Positions 1 to 13,782 of a stretch of DNA of 64,000 nucleotides are shown piece by piece (positions within the stretch are counted from its first letter, which is position 1; each line of letters begins with the position of its first letter). Source of the stretch: Octopus vulgaris (lineage: Eukaryota); NCBI GenBank assembly GCA_951406725.2, contig OX597840.1, forward strand, positions 13,764,001 through 13,828,000, read 5' to 3'. The position numbers were made by a program, and so were the translations under genes. The notes beneath the pieces were generated by a model, which had not been told where the DNA came from, ran no database searches, and saw nothing but the letters and a program-made list of their open reading frames with translations.

Positions 1-39
1 AATAACAACAGTAGCTCCCTGAACGTTTCCCAGCCTGTT

Positions 40-640
40 CTTACCCTGGTTGCCATACTCCCAGAACAACCACCTTCACTGCCATGCATGTCATGACTTC
101 CAGTAAGTCTCCTGAGAATTTAAGAGAATGCATTTTAGGTGTGCTCTTTGTGTTTGTTGCCTCAGTGCATCTGCCACATACAAATCCTGCCTTCATTGTT
201 ACTCTGTCTCTGATTACACCGAGTAAAGCATATGGAGTTCCGGCTTACTCATTTTCTACATCCTGAGCAAGGCTTTTTTCCCTGCTGGAACCATGATCCT
301 GTCTTCTGTTTTACTTCTAACTTATGCTATGTTTACTGTGAGACTCTTGATTCTAGCTTCCATGTCTGGAATTTCTACTGTTATTCTACTAAAGATTCAG
401 CTGTAAGAACTAAATCATCAACATAAAATCGTTCCCAAGGACAATCAGTCATGAAGTCCTCTGTGAAGGTCTGTTGGACTATGTGGGTTGTGGACTGAAC
501 ATTTATGGACTCCTGTCTTCATGCTGAAGTCATTGTTAAACTCATTGCTGACTTTTACATTATTAACTGCTCCCTTGCATATAGGTTGTACAGATCTAAC
601 AAGCCTTTCATTTTAGACTTTCAAGAACTGTACATGATGA
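40..640 (-). pseudogene. Decayed RTE-clade LINE reverse transcriptase fragment
   Basis: Minus-strand translation gives VKVSNEFNNDFSMKTGVH, TEDFMTDCPWERFYVDDLVLTAESL (YADD-like) and MHGSE, homologous to the RTE ORF at 47795-49100; contains stops and frameshifts. Confidence 0.8.
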
Positions 641-1099
641 TCCAGTCTCAGTCTTTTCTATTGTTATTGCTGTAGGATGTGCTCTGATGAACTCCCTTAA
701 TTCCAGATCACCTGACTTGAAACGCAGAGTATCTTCACCCAAATGCTGTTGTGCTTCAATGACTAAGGAAACCTTTCAAGGGTCACAACTTTGGAACTAT
801 CTTCCTTCTTATTTTTTTTTCTCCTTCTTATGACCTGAACTCTTTCAGGTCTGAAGAAAGTTCATTCCTTTTGTCTTAACTTCTTCCTCATAGTCCCTTA
901 CGCTAAATGGCTTCTCACCTTATTTGGGGCTTTCTTATATTTAAAAAAAACCCCATTAGATTACTGAGTATGGTACCCAGTCAAAATATTTCTCTAAGTT
1001 ATCAAATGCCATGTATAGTACTTTATCCTAAGTTAAGTACTTCTGGTGTTGCCTCACCTGGAAGGTGGCATCTGTGGCAGCATCTCTGAGTACAAAACC

Positions 1100-1826
1100 A
1101 AACTGATAGAGTGTGGCACTTCTTCACACAGCCGTATGAATGAAAACAGCCATATGAAGAAGTCCCGCACTATAACAGTGGAGGGAACCTGTGGAAGAGG
1201 TAGACACAGGAAGACATGGGATGAAGTGGTGAAGCATGATCTTTGAATGTTGGGCTTCACTGAAGCAATGCCAAGTGACCAATACTTTTGGCAATACACT
1301 GAGCTTGAGATGACCCATCAAGCTAAGTGAGATCATAGTCATAGCTGATGCTGGGGTCACATAACTGGCATGTAAAAAGCACCCTTCAAACATTGGGCAA
1401 TATGCTGTGCTTGAGGAGACCTGTCAAGCCAAGTGAAACTGTAGTCGTGGCTGATACCAGTGCCGTCTGACTGGCACCCAAGCTGGTGGCATGTAAAAAG
1501 CAGTATTTGAGCACTCGGCCTCATGGAGGCAGTGACAGGTGACTAAGACCTTTGGCAAGATACTGTGATTGTTTAGACCTGTCGAGCCAAGTGAGAGTGT
1601 ATTCTTGGCCAATGCTAGTGTCAGATCAATGGCACCTGTGCCAGTGGCACATAAAAAGCACCCACCACACTTTTGGAGTGGTTGGCATTAGGAAGGGCTT
1701 CCAGTTGTAGAAACCTTGCCAGATCAGATTGGAACCTGGTGCAGCTCCCTGGCTTATCAGTTCTCAGTTAAACCATCCAACCCATGCCAGCATGGAAAAC
1801 AAACGTTAAATGATGATGATGTTGAT
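1100..1826 (+). mobile_element. 5'-truncated RTE LINE 3' end (ORF C-terminus, 3'UTR and (GAT)n tail)
   Basis: TVEGTCGRGRHRKTWDEVVKHDL motif, then ~60-bp ggcatgtaaaaagcacc subrepeats and the terminal ccaacccatgccagcatggaaa...aacgttaaa(tga)n. Confidence 0.85.
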
Positions 1827-2249
1827 GTGTCTCACTAACATTATTCTGTGGTATTTTTTTTGATCTCCCATATCCTCATCAAACCACTTCGATGTCTCCG
1901 TAATTTCCGCTCCCTTACGCATCTCCTTTGTCCCTGGGGCAATTTACATTGATACCGCTACACCAGTCATTCGCTATGACACCTTCCTGTATTAACTGAT
2001 TAACTATTCAGGTGATTATCAGGTACCCTACTTTGCCAGATATTTTGAGCATCTCAGCGACACGGAAACAAACTTGGGTGGTGTGGTGGTAAGGAATCAG
2101 GATGTTGTTAATTGAAGCCAGCATCCATGAATGATAACAATAGAGAGACACGAACAATGACATGCACAACTTTCCAATGCAACTGACAACAATCTTTATA
2201 TTGAAATAGGAAGATAAAATGATAAAATAGGTGCAGTAAATGAGGAAGC

Positions 2250-2960
2250 GGTAGGTTTGTGTGTGTATGAGCGTGGGTATGTGTATACACACACACCCAC
2301 ATGCACAAGTATACACACATACACACCCATATATATAAAGTGTATAATATATATAAACTTGTATAATATATAGTACATATATATGTGTGTGTGTAAATAT
2401 ATATTATGTATAAATATCTATATATATTTATACATATATTTTTATATATTATATGTGTTGTGCGTGTATATATGTATTGTGTGTGTATATCATCATCATC
2501 ATCATTGTTTAACGTCCGTTCTCCATGCTAGCATGGGTTGGACATATATATATATGTATATATATATATATGTATATGTATATGTGTATGTATATATATA
2601 TACACATACATACATATACATACATACATACATACATACATACATACATACATACATACATAGGTATGTAAATATGCAGACACCCACACATATATGTATT
2701 TGTATTCATATTTGTGTGAGTGTGTGTGTGTGTATGTATGTATTTATGTATGTATATACATATATATATATATATATATACATAAATGTATAGATATATG
2801 CATACATACACATAAATGTATACAGGAAATACCAGCTTTTGTTCCATTAGTTCAAATTATTTTTAAGTTACCATCATTGTTGTCTCACTATCATCATCAT
2901 CATCATCATCCTCATCTTCATCGCTGTTGTAATAATAATTCTATTATTGTTACTATGGAC
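2250..2960. repeat. Compound microsatellite (TA/CA/TACA/CAT) with a short RTE tail fragment at 2490-2543 (-)
   Basis: Read directly from the sequence. Confidence 0.9.
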
Positions 2961-3439
2961 CTGCTCCAAACATTACCATCATCAGTTTCACCATTTGCAA
3001 CATCATTAAACTTCCTCCTGCCTATCGTTGTGTTCGCTTTTATCATCATAATTTTCACCATTTTTACACCTTCGTACGCAACGGTATATTAATCAGAGAC
3101 TGTTTCAAATGTATATTTTACACATTCACAATCGGACATAGATGTATCTATATGTATGTGTCTATGTCTGTGTGTAATTGTAAGACTGCTTGCATTCTGT
3201 GTTAACATTTGAAAGCATTAGTCTAAAAACGGTGACATTTATTGATATTCTCTATCAACAAATTGTCTACTAGCCTTGTGCTTTTAAAATCAAGGGGAAG
3301 GAAATAAAATTCCTTGAAGGGAAGTTAGAGCTAGTGATAGGAAGAACATTGGACTGTAAAAAATGTCTCAATAATATGTATTTACTTAACCAGGCTTGTA
3401 TCAAAAAATGGATGTAAAACAAGTAACTATATAAGTGAG

Positions 3440-3547
3440 ATATATACATACATGTACATAACATATATATTATATGCATGTATATCTCTCTCACACATAC
3501 ACAGACACATTTGCACAGATATACACACATATACACGTATATATACG

Positions 3548-3589
<42 letters not shown>

Positions 3590-3915
3590 CATACACACAG
3601 ACATATACCTATATATATACACATACATATATGCATACACACATACATATATACACATACATATACACATATACATATATATATATATACACCCACATAT
3701 ACACACATACACATTCATATATACACATACATATATACACATACACATATATATATACACACATACATACACACACACACACACACATATACATATACAT
3801 ATACATATATATATAATATAATATATATATATATATATATAATATAATATATATATATATATAATATAATATATATATATATATATACACATACATGCAT
3901 ATACACATATATACA
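3440..3915. repeat. Compound (TA)n/(CA)n microsatellite
   Basis: Read directly; explains the overlapping Y/I/H/T-rich ORFs. Confidence 0.95.
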
Positions 3916-3929
3916 TCAACAAAGAAATT

Positions 3930-5135
3930 AGGGGTTACATTAATCTCTGTAGCAGTTGCAGATGCATAGAATGTAATCATTTGATTTTTATAGCAGGAAT
4001 GATGGTGGTTTAAATACCAGAATGGAGAGAATTACAGAAAAACTAACTGCTTGAAATATTCCCTTTGAAATATTTATAGCATTGGTGACAAACATTCTGC
4101 TCTCAGTTCTATGTATAAGAATCGTTGTCCAAGACTTTGTAAGCCTTGCAGGCACTTTTGCCAAATGTAGGCACTTCAGCAGCCAAGAGTGGAGAATAAA
4201 GCCAAATGCCTTCCTAGAACCAAGGCTCCCAAGACGATTTTTCTCTTCAGACAGTACAGCTTTGTTTATCAAAGTTGTTTGGTACTTCCTCATAGTTCCT
4301 TCTTTCCACTGATCTGTTCATCAGTCACTATGTTGTTGTACTAACAGTAATCTTGGAGGAATTGATTGAGGCAGCTTATGTACACTTTGTACATAATGTT
4401 TAAGGCAAACGACGGACCTATTGTTTTCTGCCAACACAATGGTTGGCAGAAAACCAGTGTGTAACTGGTACTTAATTTATCGACCCTGAAAGGATGAAAG
4501 GTAAAGTTGACCTCGCGGAATTTGAACTCAGAATGCAGCAGTGGATGAAATACCACAAAGCATTTTGCCCAGAATGCTAACATTTCTGCCAGCTTGCCGC
4601 CTCATTGGTTTCATTCTTGGCTACAAGATTTCTCCATGCTACAGAAAACTAATCTGGTATATCAACCTGATCTTCCATAATGCTTTAAATACACATTTCA
4701 GTGGTTTCCTGTAAAACGTCATCCTTTTGAACCAGTATCCAACTATAAGATCCCTTTCAAGTGCCTTCCCATGAAGCAGTTTGCCTTCTGCTAAGGGCAA
4801 AGTTCCCAGATCAACTGCACATGTTTTACAGCTGATGCTGGTCCAGTAGTCTCTCTTCGCTGCATTCAATCATGATACATTAACGTTGAAATCTCTCTTC
4901 AGTCCATATTTTCAACCACAATGATTCAAGGCCTTCTTGAGAAGGGGTTTTCTTAAAGGTAATATTTTCCTCCCTCATCTCTCTGTATAATGTCTGTGGG
5001 TTAGAATCAAACTTATGATTTATACAGGCTCAGTCAAGAATCTGCTTGAAGTAGCAAAGATTTTCACTCAGTGCCCTCACTTCATGTTTCATAGTAATTA
5101 ACCTTCTCTCAAGGGCTGTGTGTGAAGAGTCATCA
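3930..5135 (-). pseudogene. Decayed RT of an RLE-type non-LTR retrotransposon (R4/Dong/NeSL-like), interrupted by a SINE
   Basis: Fragments GKALERDLIVGYWFKRM, LNIMYKVYISCLN, RKAFGFILHSWLLKCL and NISKGIFQAVSFS resemble RT motifs KAPGxD, NYRPITCL..YK, KAFDSIPHSW and GIFQGDSLSP of R4-like elements. Confidence 0.7.
4452..4602 (-). mobile_element. tRNA-derived SINE family B (Nin/Deu-like central domain)
   Basis: Reverse complement has head ggcggcaagctggcagaa, B-box-like gagttcaaattcc and cctttcatcctttcagggtcgataaattaagtacc. Confidence 0.8.
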
Positions 5136-5140
5136 TAAAG

Positions 5141-5510
5141 TTTTACTCTTTACTCTTTTACTTGCTTCATTTGACTGCGGCCATGCTGGAGCACTGCCTT
5201 TAGTCTAGCAAATTGACCCCAGGACTTATCCTTTGTAAGCCTAGTACTTATTCAATCGGGGACAAAAGCACACCAGCATCAGTTGTCAAGCAATGTTGGG
5301 GGGACAAACACAGACACACAAACGTATACAAACACACAAACATTTATATATATACATATATACGATGGGCTTCTTTCAGTTTCCGTCTACCAAATCCACT
5401 CACAAGGTTTTGGTCGGCCCAAGGCTATAGTAGAAGACACTACTAGGTGTCATGCAATGGGACTAATCCCAGAACCATGCGGTTCGTAAGCAAGCTACTT
5501 ACCACACTAG
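5141..5510 (-). mobile_element. tRNA-derived SINE family A
   Basis: Matches the other ~400-bp copies (gtgtggtaagtagcttgc head, internal TA/TG microsatellite, gagtaaaa tail repeats). Confidence 0.85.
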
Positions 5511-5624
5511 ATGCTTTTAACATGGCACCAGCACTGGTAGGGTCACCAAATAACTCGTAAGACTAGGAATTATGAGAGGGGTAGGGGAATTCGAGGAGGG
5601 GAACTTGTGTCAGAGGATGAGAGG

Positions 5625-6050
<426 letters not shown>

Positions 6051-6397
6051 TCACTGATCATTAGTGCATGCACTACAAATCCCCTGCAATTTTATATCAT
6101 TTAAGTTGGTGCTGTTAGTGTATATCTGCTATTTAATCTGTGCCAAGATTATCTCTGGAATTGTCTCACTTGTGTCATAAGTAATGAAGAAAGAGGGAAA
6201 AGAGGAAGGAGGAAAGAGGAAAAAGAGGAAGGAGGAGAGAATGCAAGAAAAATGAATATGGGAATAGAGAAGATATAGAGAAAAGAGGAAAGAAATTTCA
6301 AAGAAAGTGACAATTAATGGAAAAGAGGAACAGAGATGGGGGAAAGGGAAAAATGGTAAACAGAGAAGGAAGCATTTTGAAGATGACAAATTGAAAT

Positions 6398-6815
6398 ACT
6401 CTTTTACTCTTTTACTTGTTTCAGTCATTTGACTGCAGCCATGCTGGAGCACCACCTTTAGTCGAGCAAATCGACCCCAGGACTTATTCTTTGTAAGCCT
6501 AGTACTTATTCTATCAGTCTCTTTAGCCGAACCGCTAAATTACAGGGACATAAACACACCAACATCAGTTGTCAAGCGATGCTGGGGGGGGGGGGGACAA
6601 ACACAGACACACAAACATATACACACACATACATATGTATATACATATACGATGGGCTTCTTTCAGTTTCCGTCTATCAAATCCACTCACAAGGCTTTGG
6701 TTGACCCAAGGCTATAGTAGGAGACACTTGCTCAAAGTGCAACGCAGTGGGACTGAACCCAGAACCATGTGGTTGGTAAGCAAGCTACTTACGACACAGC
6801 CCCTCCTACGCCTAT
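6398..6815 (-). mobile_element. SINE family A, near full length
   Basis: Head taggcgtaggaggggctgtgtcgtaag through tail gagtaaaagagta on the minus strand. Confidence 0.9.
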
Positions 6816-6861
6816 AGGAAATAATAATAATTTGTTTCCAACAACAACAACAACAACAATA

Positions 6862-7270
6862 ATCCTTTCTACTGGAAACACAAGGCCTCAAATTTTTGAG
6901 AAAGGGATTAAGTCAATTACATCGAACCCAGTACATAACTAGTACTAATTTTATTGACCCCAAAAGAATGAAAGGCAACGTCGATCTTGGCGGAATTCGA
7001 ACTCAAAACCCAACAGTGGACGAAATACCGACATGCTAATGTTTCTTATTTCTTTATAGCCCACAAGGGGCTAAACATAGAGGGGACAAACAAGGACAGA
7101 CAAACGGATCAAGTCGATAACATCAACCCCAGTGTGTAATTGGTACTTAATTTATCGACCCCGAAAGGATGAAAGGCAAAGTCGAGCTCGGCGAAATTTG
7201 AACTCAGACTGCAACAGCAGACAAGATACCACAAAGCATTTCACCTGGCGTGCTAACGTTTCTGCCAGCC
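6862..7270 (-). mobile_element. Two adjacent SINE family B copies
   Basis: Two copies of the gaaaggatgaaaggcaaagtcga...atttgaactca block (about 6960-7005 and 7163-7207). Confidence 0.8.
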
Positions 7271-7824
7271 TGAACAATTATGAAGGAGGATGGGGAGGGG
7301 GAGGAGGAGAGGAGAAGAAGAAGAAGAAGAAGAAGAAGAAGAAGAAGAAGAAGAAGAAGAATATAAAAGAAAAATTGTAGGTAAAAATAAAGAAAAATGG
7401 GGAAAAAAATAGACACCCTGAAGAAATATTTGGTGTGCCAATGATAAATAAGTGTAAAAAGAATTCCTACTGGAGTTTAAAGAAATTTAATCACCACAAC
7501 GAAGAATTTTTATTGTATTAGTTTGCATTATCGATCAGAAGTGTGTTTACTAGAAAGAAATAGAAAAAAGGTGAGGAAAAAAAAGCAGTTGTCGTTTCTA
7601 TTTATTTTTTTATCAGCTTGGAGTATGTGACTTTGTTCTGTGTATATTGGGGACTGTCTTTACCTATCTCACTATCAAACTCTCTGTTTATGCAACAGTA
7701 TGTAGTCTGTCTGTGTGTCTGTCACATTCCACATCTCTCTGTATCATTTTTTTGTTATTCTCTTTATACATACTTCTCAACCTACATACATATATACGTA
7801 GGTATGTTGACCTACACACTTACT

Positions 7825-7857
<33 letters not shown>

Positions 7858-7941
7858 CGTTTAACGTCTGCTTTCCATGCTAGCATGGGTTGGACCATAT
7901 ATTTATATATATATATATTTATATATATACATATACATATA

Positions 7942-7974
<33 letters not shown>

Positions 7975-8275
7975 GTGGAGGCGCGATGGCCCAGTGGTTA
8001 GGGCAGCGGACTTGCAGTCGGAGGATCGCGGTTTCGATTCCCAGACCGGGCGTTGTGTGTGTTTATTGAGCGAAAACACCTAAAAAAGCTCCACGAGGCT
8101 CCGGCAGGGGGTGGTGATCCCTGCTGTACTCTTTCACCACTCTTTCTCCCACTTTCTTCTGTTGGCCTGCTCGCTTAGCCAGCAGGGTGGCGTCGTTCGA
8201 AGGCTAAAACAATGCGAACGCATTGTGACCAGCGATGTGTAACAACATCTGATGGTCTGGTCAGTCACGTGATCA
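7975..8275 (+). mobile_element. tRNA-derived SINE family C
   Basis: A box tggcccagtgg and B box ggtttcgattccc, followed by gcgaaaacacctaaa...gctccacgaggctccggcagggg; homologues near 32065, 55290, 58700 and 61103. Confidence 0.85.
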
Positions 8276-8312
8276 CATACATATATACACACACACACAC
8301 ACACATATATAT

Positions 8313-8354
<42 letters not shown>

Positions 8355-8355
<1 letters not shown>

Positions 8356-8505
8356 AATTTCATAATTATAAGCATAATTATAATTAGGACTCAGCAAATT
8401 GCTTCACCACATACTGAGTATTTAACTGCTATTTCTAAATTTTGGTATGTGGTGAAGCAATTTGCTGAAATCCTAATTGTAATTATGCTTATAATTATGA
8501 AATTT
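8355..8505. repeat. ~60-bp inverted repeat (8355-8414 / 8445-8505) at the end of a microsatellite-flanked element
   Basis: aaatttcataattataagcataatta...gcttcaccacatac versus its reverse complement, with few mismatches; related sequence at 12291-12370 and 63410-63570. Confidence 0.9.
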
Positions 8506-8839
8506 TTGTATAAGTTTACCGATAAAGGGTCTTTTAACATACCAAACTACTTGGTAAAATTATTAATTAGTAAATGAATTAATTTTACCCTTTATTATTA
8601 TTGAAAATATATGTTTAGAGAGAGAGAGAGAGAGAGAGCAATAAGAAAATGGAAGGGATTAATAGGTGGTTCTTCAACTTTTAGACATTATATTATGTCT
8701 ATTTATTTATTTATTTACTAAAATGACAATTACAAGAATATACATACATGCATAATATATTATGCTTTACATATAAAATATATAAAGATACCAGTAATTA
8801 TTAAAATATATAACATACAGGAATATAAATTGGGAAAAT

Positions 8840-8963
8840 ATCTTACAGCTGTTTCAGCCAAGAGGCAAAAATACCTCATTCTACCTTTATTCCTCCAGTA
8901 GATTGAAATAATAAATAGATGAAATTGAGGTACTTGGGTGTTTCTCTAGGCTTCGTCAGAGAT
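8840..8963 (-). ncRNA. Type I hammerhead ribozyme motif, intact core
   Basis: Minus strand: ATCT-CTGACGA-AGCC...GGCT-GAAA-CAGCTG-TA/AGAT; stems I and II pair, stem III is the palindrome ACAGCTGT, predicted GUA cleavage at 8844/8843. Confidence 0.85.
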
Positions 8964-9409
8964 TTTAGAAATTTTGCATACACACAGATACTTATATATG
9001 AAGCATACAGAGAACAGGTGAGGACTAGATATGCTTAATAAAGAAAACATGTAGTAGTGTCCAAGTGAATTTGAACTTAAACTCCAAATTCTTCAACCAG
9101 AACTAGATCCATTGCATCAAAGATGGTTATAAGAGAAATTCGAGACTAGCTAATAAGAAGATAGTGATGCAGATAAATACAGTTAGGCTTCACACACACA
9201 CATACACACACACGCATACACACACATGCGTGCACACACACAAACACACACATATACACAGGCACATATATCTATATAGATTCAGGAAGATAAACACACA
9301 CACACATACATACACACTCACTCACACACATACACAGGCACATATATCTATATATATGCAGGAAGATAAATACACACACACACACACATATATATATGTG
9401 GTGATATGC

Positions 9410-9900
9410 CATGCTTGGGTAGACTTGTCAAACCAAGTGAGACCGTGACTGATGCTTGTGTCAGCTCAATGACACTCATGCCAATGGTATGTAAGGAACA
9501 TCCACTATACTCTCGAAGTGGTTGAGGGCATCCAGCTGTAGAGAGCATGCCAAATCATATTGGAACCTGGTGCAGCTCTCCAACTTATCAGTTTTCAGTC
9601 AAACTGTCCAACCCATGCCAGCATAGAAAACGGACGTTAAATGATGTTGATGATGATGATAATGATATATATATATATATCATCATCATCATCATCATCG
9701 GTTAACGTCCGTTCTCCATGCTGGCATGGGTTGGACAGTTTGACTGTCTGGAGAGCCAACAGCTGCACAAGGCTCCAATCTGGTCTGGCAATGTTTCTAC
9801 AGCTGGATGCCCTTCCTAATACCAACCACTCCGAAAGTGTAGTGGGACCTTTTTACATGCCACCAGCACAGGAACCAGTCAGGCAGCCCTGGCATCAATT
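9410..9900. mobile_element. Two RTE 3' tails in tail-to-tail orientation (9410-9660 +, 9680-9900 -)
   Basis: Both end in ccaacccatgccagcat...aacggacgttaa with GAT-repeat tails, facing each other across a (TA)n. Confidence 0.85.
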
Positions 9901-10165
9901 ATGTTTGTATAGTATATATATATATATATATACACACACACAGACACAAATATATTTACATAGAGCATAAGAAATACAGAACATTAAGAAGAGAATCCAT
10001 ACTTTCTAAATACTACAGCTGTTTCAAAAATTTTGGACTTACATAGTAATCATAATATTCATAACATGCAGATGGAATATGCAAATTGTCGTGGGTGGGT
10101 AACCAGTAAACAGTCACAAAGAAATATCTCCTAATATAATAACGAGTATAGTGTTTTTATATATT

Positions 10166-10243
<78 letters not shown>

Positions 10244-10254
10244 TTTCACATATT

Positions 10255-10295
<41 letters not shown>

Positions 10296-10310
10296 CAATT
10301 TTCACATATT

Positions 10311-10350
<40 letters not shown>

Positions 10351-10605
10351 ATACAATTTTCACATTTCTAAACTAACTATATGAACTATACTGGAATGCA
10401 AGATAATATGATTGATTTTAAGTATTAATATTATGGATTATTGCAGTAGAATAACCAAGGAAGTATATATAGATTGAAAGACTCTCATCAAAAGTAATAA
10501 TTTTTAATTTTTACTTTACATTTCAAACAAACACCATTTTACAATTTTACTCCAAATTTTTTTAAAAACTATCATTCGATATATTATACAATATTCATAT
10601 TTTAT

Positions 10606-10689
10606 ATCTCTGAAGAGCATTATCTATAAATGCTTATCAATATAGGATTTCAATATAGGGACAACTCTTCTGCAAAACGATCATAAGAT
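10606..10689 (+). ncRNA. Decayed hammerhead motif (G12 to A)
   Basis: ATCT-CTGAAGA-GCA...TGC-AAAA-CGA-TC-ata-AGAT; GAAA reads AAAA, consistent with CpG decay of tgcgaaa. Confidence 0.5.
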
Positions 10690-10871
10690 GCTTAAATAAT
10701 TAATTCAAAACTTTTAAATTATCAAATTTATTTTATACATTATATTTATATTTTTATATTTAATTATTTTATTTATAATTTTAATACAATAAGTTCTTTC
10801 ACATGGGTATATCTTTATGATGAGTTTGGATATTAATTTCCTTATATTGATAATAATATATTATTAAAAAA

Positions 10872-10908
<37 letters not shown>

Positions 10909-10912
<4 letters not shown>

Positions 10913-11100
10913 GGAGAATTCACAAAAAAGCAAAAGATGAAGACAGGTGGTGTAGACAACAAACAGATGTATTGTATTAACGCTCGGGAAGTGAAAATGT
11001 CTTTAACGTTTCGAGCCTACGCTCGTCCACAGAAAGGAACACAGAAAGAAAAAGGAGAGAAAATAAAGAATGTGTAGTGGCTAGCGAACTACCATGGCAA
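10909..11100 (-). mobile_element. (TA)n-flanked Penelope-like terminal fragment with a variant hammerhead at 11001-11036
   Basis: Homologous to 22741-22925; minus strand CTTT-CTGTGGA-CGAGC gtag GCTC-GAAA-CG-TT/AAAG. Confidence 0.6.
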
Positions 11101-12245
11101 ATCATTACAATATTATAAATCAGGAGAAGTACATACCCTATAAAATATAGAGCAGTTATCTATTTGTGTATGTGTAATGTAAGTTTAGGAAAAAAACCAT
11201 TGGTTTCATATCTAGCATGAACTAGACATCTCTTCAGTTTCTCTAAACAGTAACCATTCTCTGCAAAGAATGCTTGTTTTAAAACACAAGAACGCCGGTG
11301 ATAGTTCAAGAAATAATCCTCTTTAAAAATATAGCTGGGTGAGTTGTTTTCCTTCGCTTCATAGCTAGTTTTCCAATTTTGAAGTATAAATTTCCAAAAA
11401 TGTGGACAACTCCCCATACATATATTCATACATAGCTAGAAATAGCAGCCAAATCTTTGAAGGTGAGATATATTAAATGCATTCGACAAAACCTATGGAA
11501 AAAAATTATGAAGTTATGAATGGGTCTTTTACGAAATATTTAACATATTTTTAAAGTCATTTTCACTTTAAAATATTTTTTAAATATGCCAAAAATAATT
11601 TTTGTAATGGTATTCACTTGAAAATAATTTAAAACATTAAAATATTGTCAGTTTAAAGAAAACTAAAATATTAATACTTACTGTACAAACAACTTACATT
11701 TTTGAAATCACATTCAGTTAAAAATATTTCTAAATGATTAAAATATCAACAAGAGTGAAAATAGAAATATTTACTATAAAAAAAAATCGTATTTATCAAG
11801 TCACTGTATCTAATCGAAAGATGAGAGTTTCTCACCTTTCAGGGTTAAGTTATTTTCAGAATACATTCCCATAATGCACCATTTTGGGTATTTATACCCC
11901 AAAACCCCCTAATATCTCAACAACCACTTGTCCAATTTAAGCGAAATTTGTTTTATTCCATTTGTATTCACAATTCAGGGGAAACTTAGTTCATAGTATT
12001 TTCCCATTTTGCGCCAATCTGGTTGGGTAAGACTGTAAGTAGAAACTCCATGGTAAGTTTCTAATTGCCTATTTTTGGAGGACTATAGAAAGTAATTGTC
12101 ATTTTAGTAAATAAATAAATAAATTACGGAGATGTACTCGCATAGCAAGTAATTTGATCTGAGTTCGTGTGCTGAAACGAAAACAATTGCATAAAATGTC
12201 TAAAAGTTGATGAACCACCTATTGATCCCTTCCTTTTTCTTATTG

Positions 12246-12278
<33 letters not shown>

Positions 12279-12931
12279 GTTATATATTTTCAATAATAAT
12301 AAAGGGTAAAATTAATTCATTTATTAATTAATAATTTTACCAAGTAGTTCGGTATGTTAAAAGATCCTATAAAAGATCCTACAAAAGACTATAGAAAGTG
12401 AATTTCAGTTTGTAATAATCACTGAGTGAATGAGTTGAAATGTCATCACTGATTGGATAATCTGGAGTAAAGGTATTTTTTTATTGCCTGACAATATAAC
12501 CAATATTTGAGAAATAGGAGGGACAAGTTAGGCTAAAACTCAAAGCAATGGAAATATATGAGACATAATTGTGTAATGGACATAAGACTACATAAAAATG
12601 CTTTAAAAGTTGATACTGAAATACATGTAAAAAATATAAAGTGCAAAGGAAATAATTTAAGATGTCTCAAGCGAAACTGAGTAATGATGGATAAAACTAA
12701 AACACATTAGTGTATACAAAACAACACACACAGAATAATATTTCTTTTTTTAACTGCAAAGTGTTGAAGTGAGAGACAGAAAGAGAAGAAAACAAATAGC
12801 AACTTAAAACAAGCTATAAAATAAAGCATAACTTTCTAGTTTCTACATTTCAGCAACAAACCATACAATTTATGTCAATCTAAATGATTTAGAAATAAAG
12901 CTGGTATCCTTAGTATAACTAGTGAAAAATC

Positions 12932-13552
12932 GTGTGTGGTAAGAAGCTTGCTTCTCAATCACATGGTTCTGGGTTCAATCCCACTATGTGGCACCTTGGG
13001 CAAGTGTCTCCTACCATAGCCTTGGGCTGACTAAAGCCTTGTGAGTGGATTTGGTAGACAGAAACTGAAAAAAGCGGTGAGCTGGCAGAATCGGTAGTGT
13101 GCCGGACGAAATGCTCAGCGGTATTTCGTCTGCCATTATGTTATGAGTTCAAATTCCACCGAGGTCGACTTTACCTTTCATCCTTTCAGGGTTGATAAAT
13201 TAAGTACCAGTTACGCACTGGGGTCAATATAATCGACTTAATCTGTTTGTTTGTACTTGTTTGTCCCCTCTATGTTTAGCCCTTTGTGGGCAATAAAGAT
13301 ATAAGAAACTGAACAAAGCCTGTCAGATATATATATAAGGATATGTTTGTGTGTCTGTGTTTTCCCCCCACCCATCCCTTGACAACTGATGTTGGTGTGT
13401 TTATGTCCCCATACATTAGTGGTTTGGCAAAAAAGATTGATAGAATAAGTATTAGGCCTATAAAGAATAAGTCAAGGGATCAATTTGTTCGACTAAAGGC
13501 AGTGCTCCAGCATGGCTGCAGTCAAATGAATGAAACAAGTAAAAGAATAAAA
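12932..13552 (+). mobile_element. SINE A interrupted by a full SINE B (about 13075-13303)
   Basis: SINE A resumes after the insert; duplicated target gaaactgaa(a/c)aaagc at 13061 and about 13305. Confidence 0.85.
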
Positions 13553-13782
13553 AAAACAAAAAGAACATGCGCACACACACACACACACACACATACACAC
13601 ACACACATACACACACATACACACACACACATGGCTTTAAAATTATTTTGTTTGTACAAGCTGCAAATGGAAATTTATGAAAAAATCTTGTTGCAGTTTG
13701 ACATTCTTTGTGTGTTTTTGTGCATCAGTGGTTTGTTGTTGTTTTTAAGGTTATTATTGCGTTTGTACTGAAAACAACCTTT

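Noticed and set aside
2008-3980. Many overlapping Y/I/H/T/C/V-rich ORFs here and throughout
   Set aside because: Stop-free dinucleotide microsatellite artefacts.
7975-8050. tRNA-like sequence (also at 61103 and 62808)
   Set aside because: Continues into a SINE body and lacks a proper acceptor stem; these are SINE heads, not tRNA genes.
10010-10028. GAAACAGCTGTA half-hammerhead on the minus strand
   Set aside because: No matching CTGANGA core with stem I found upstream; at best a truncated remnant.
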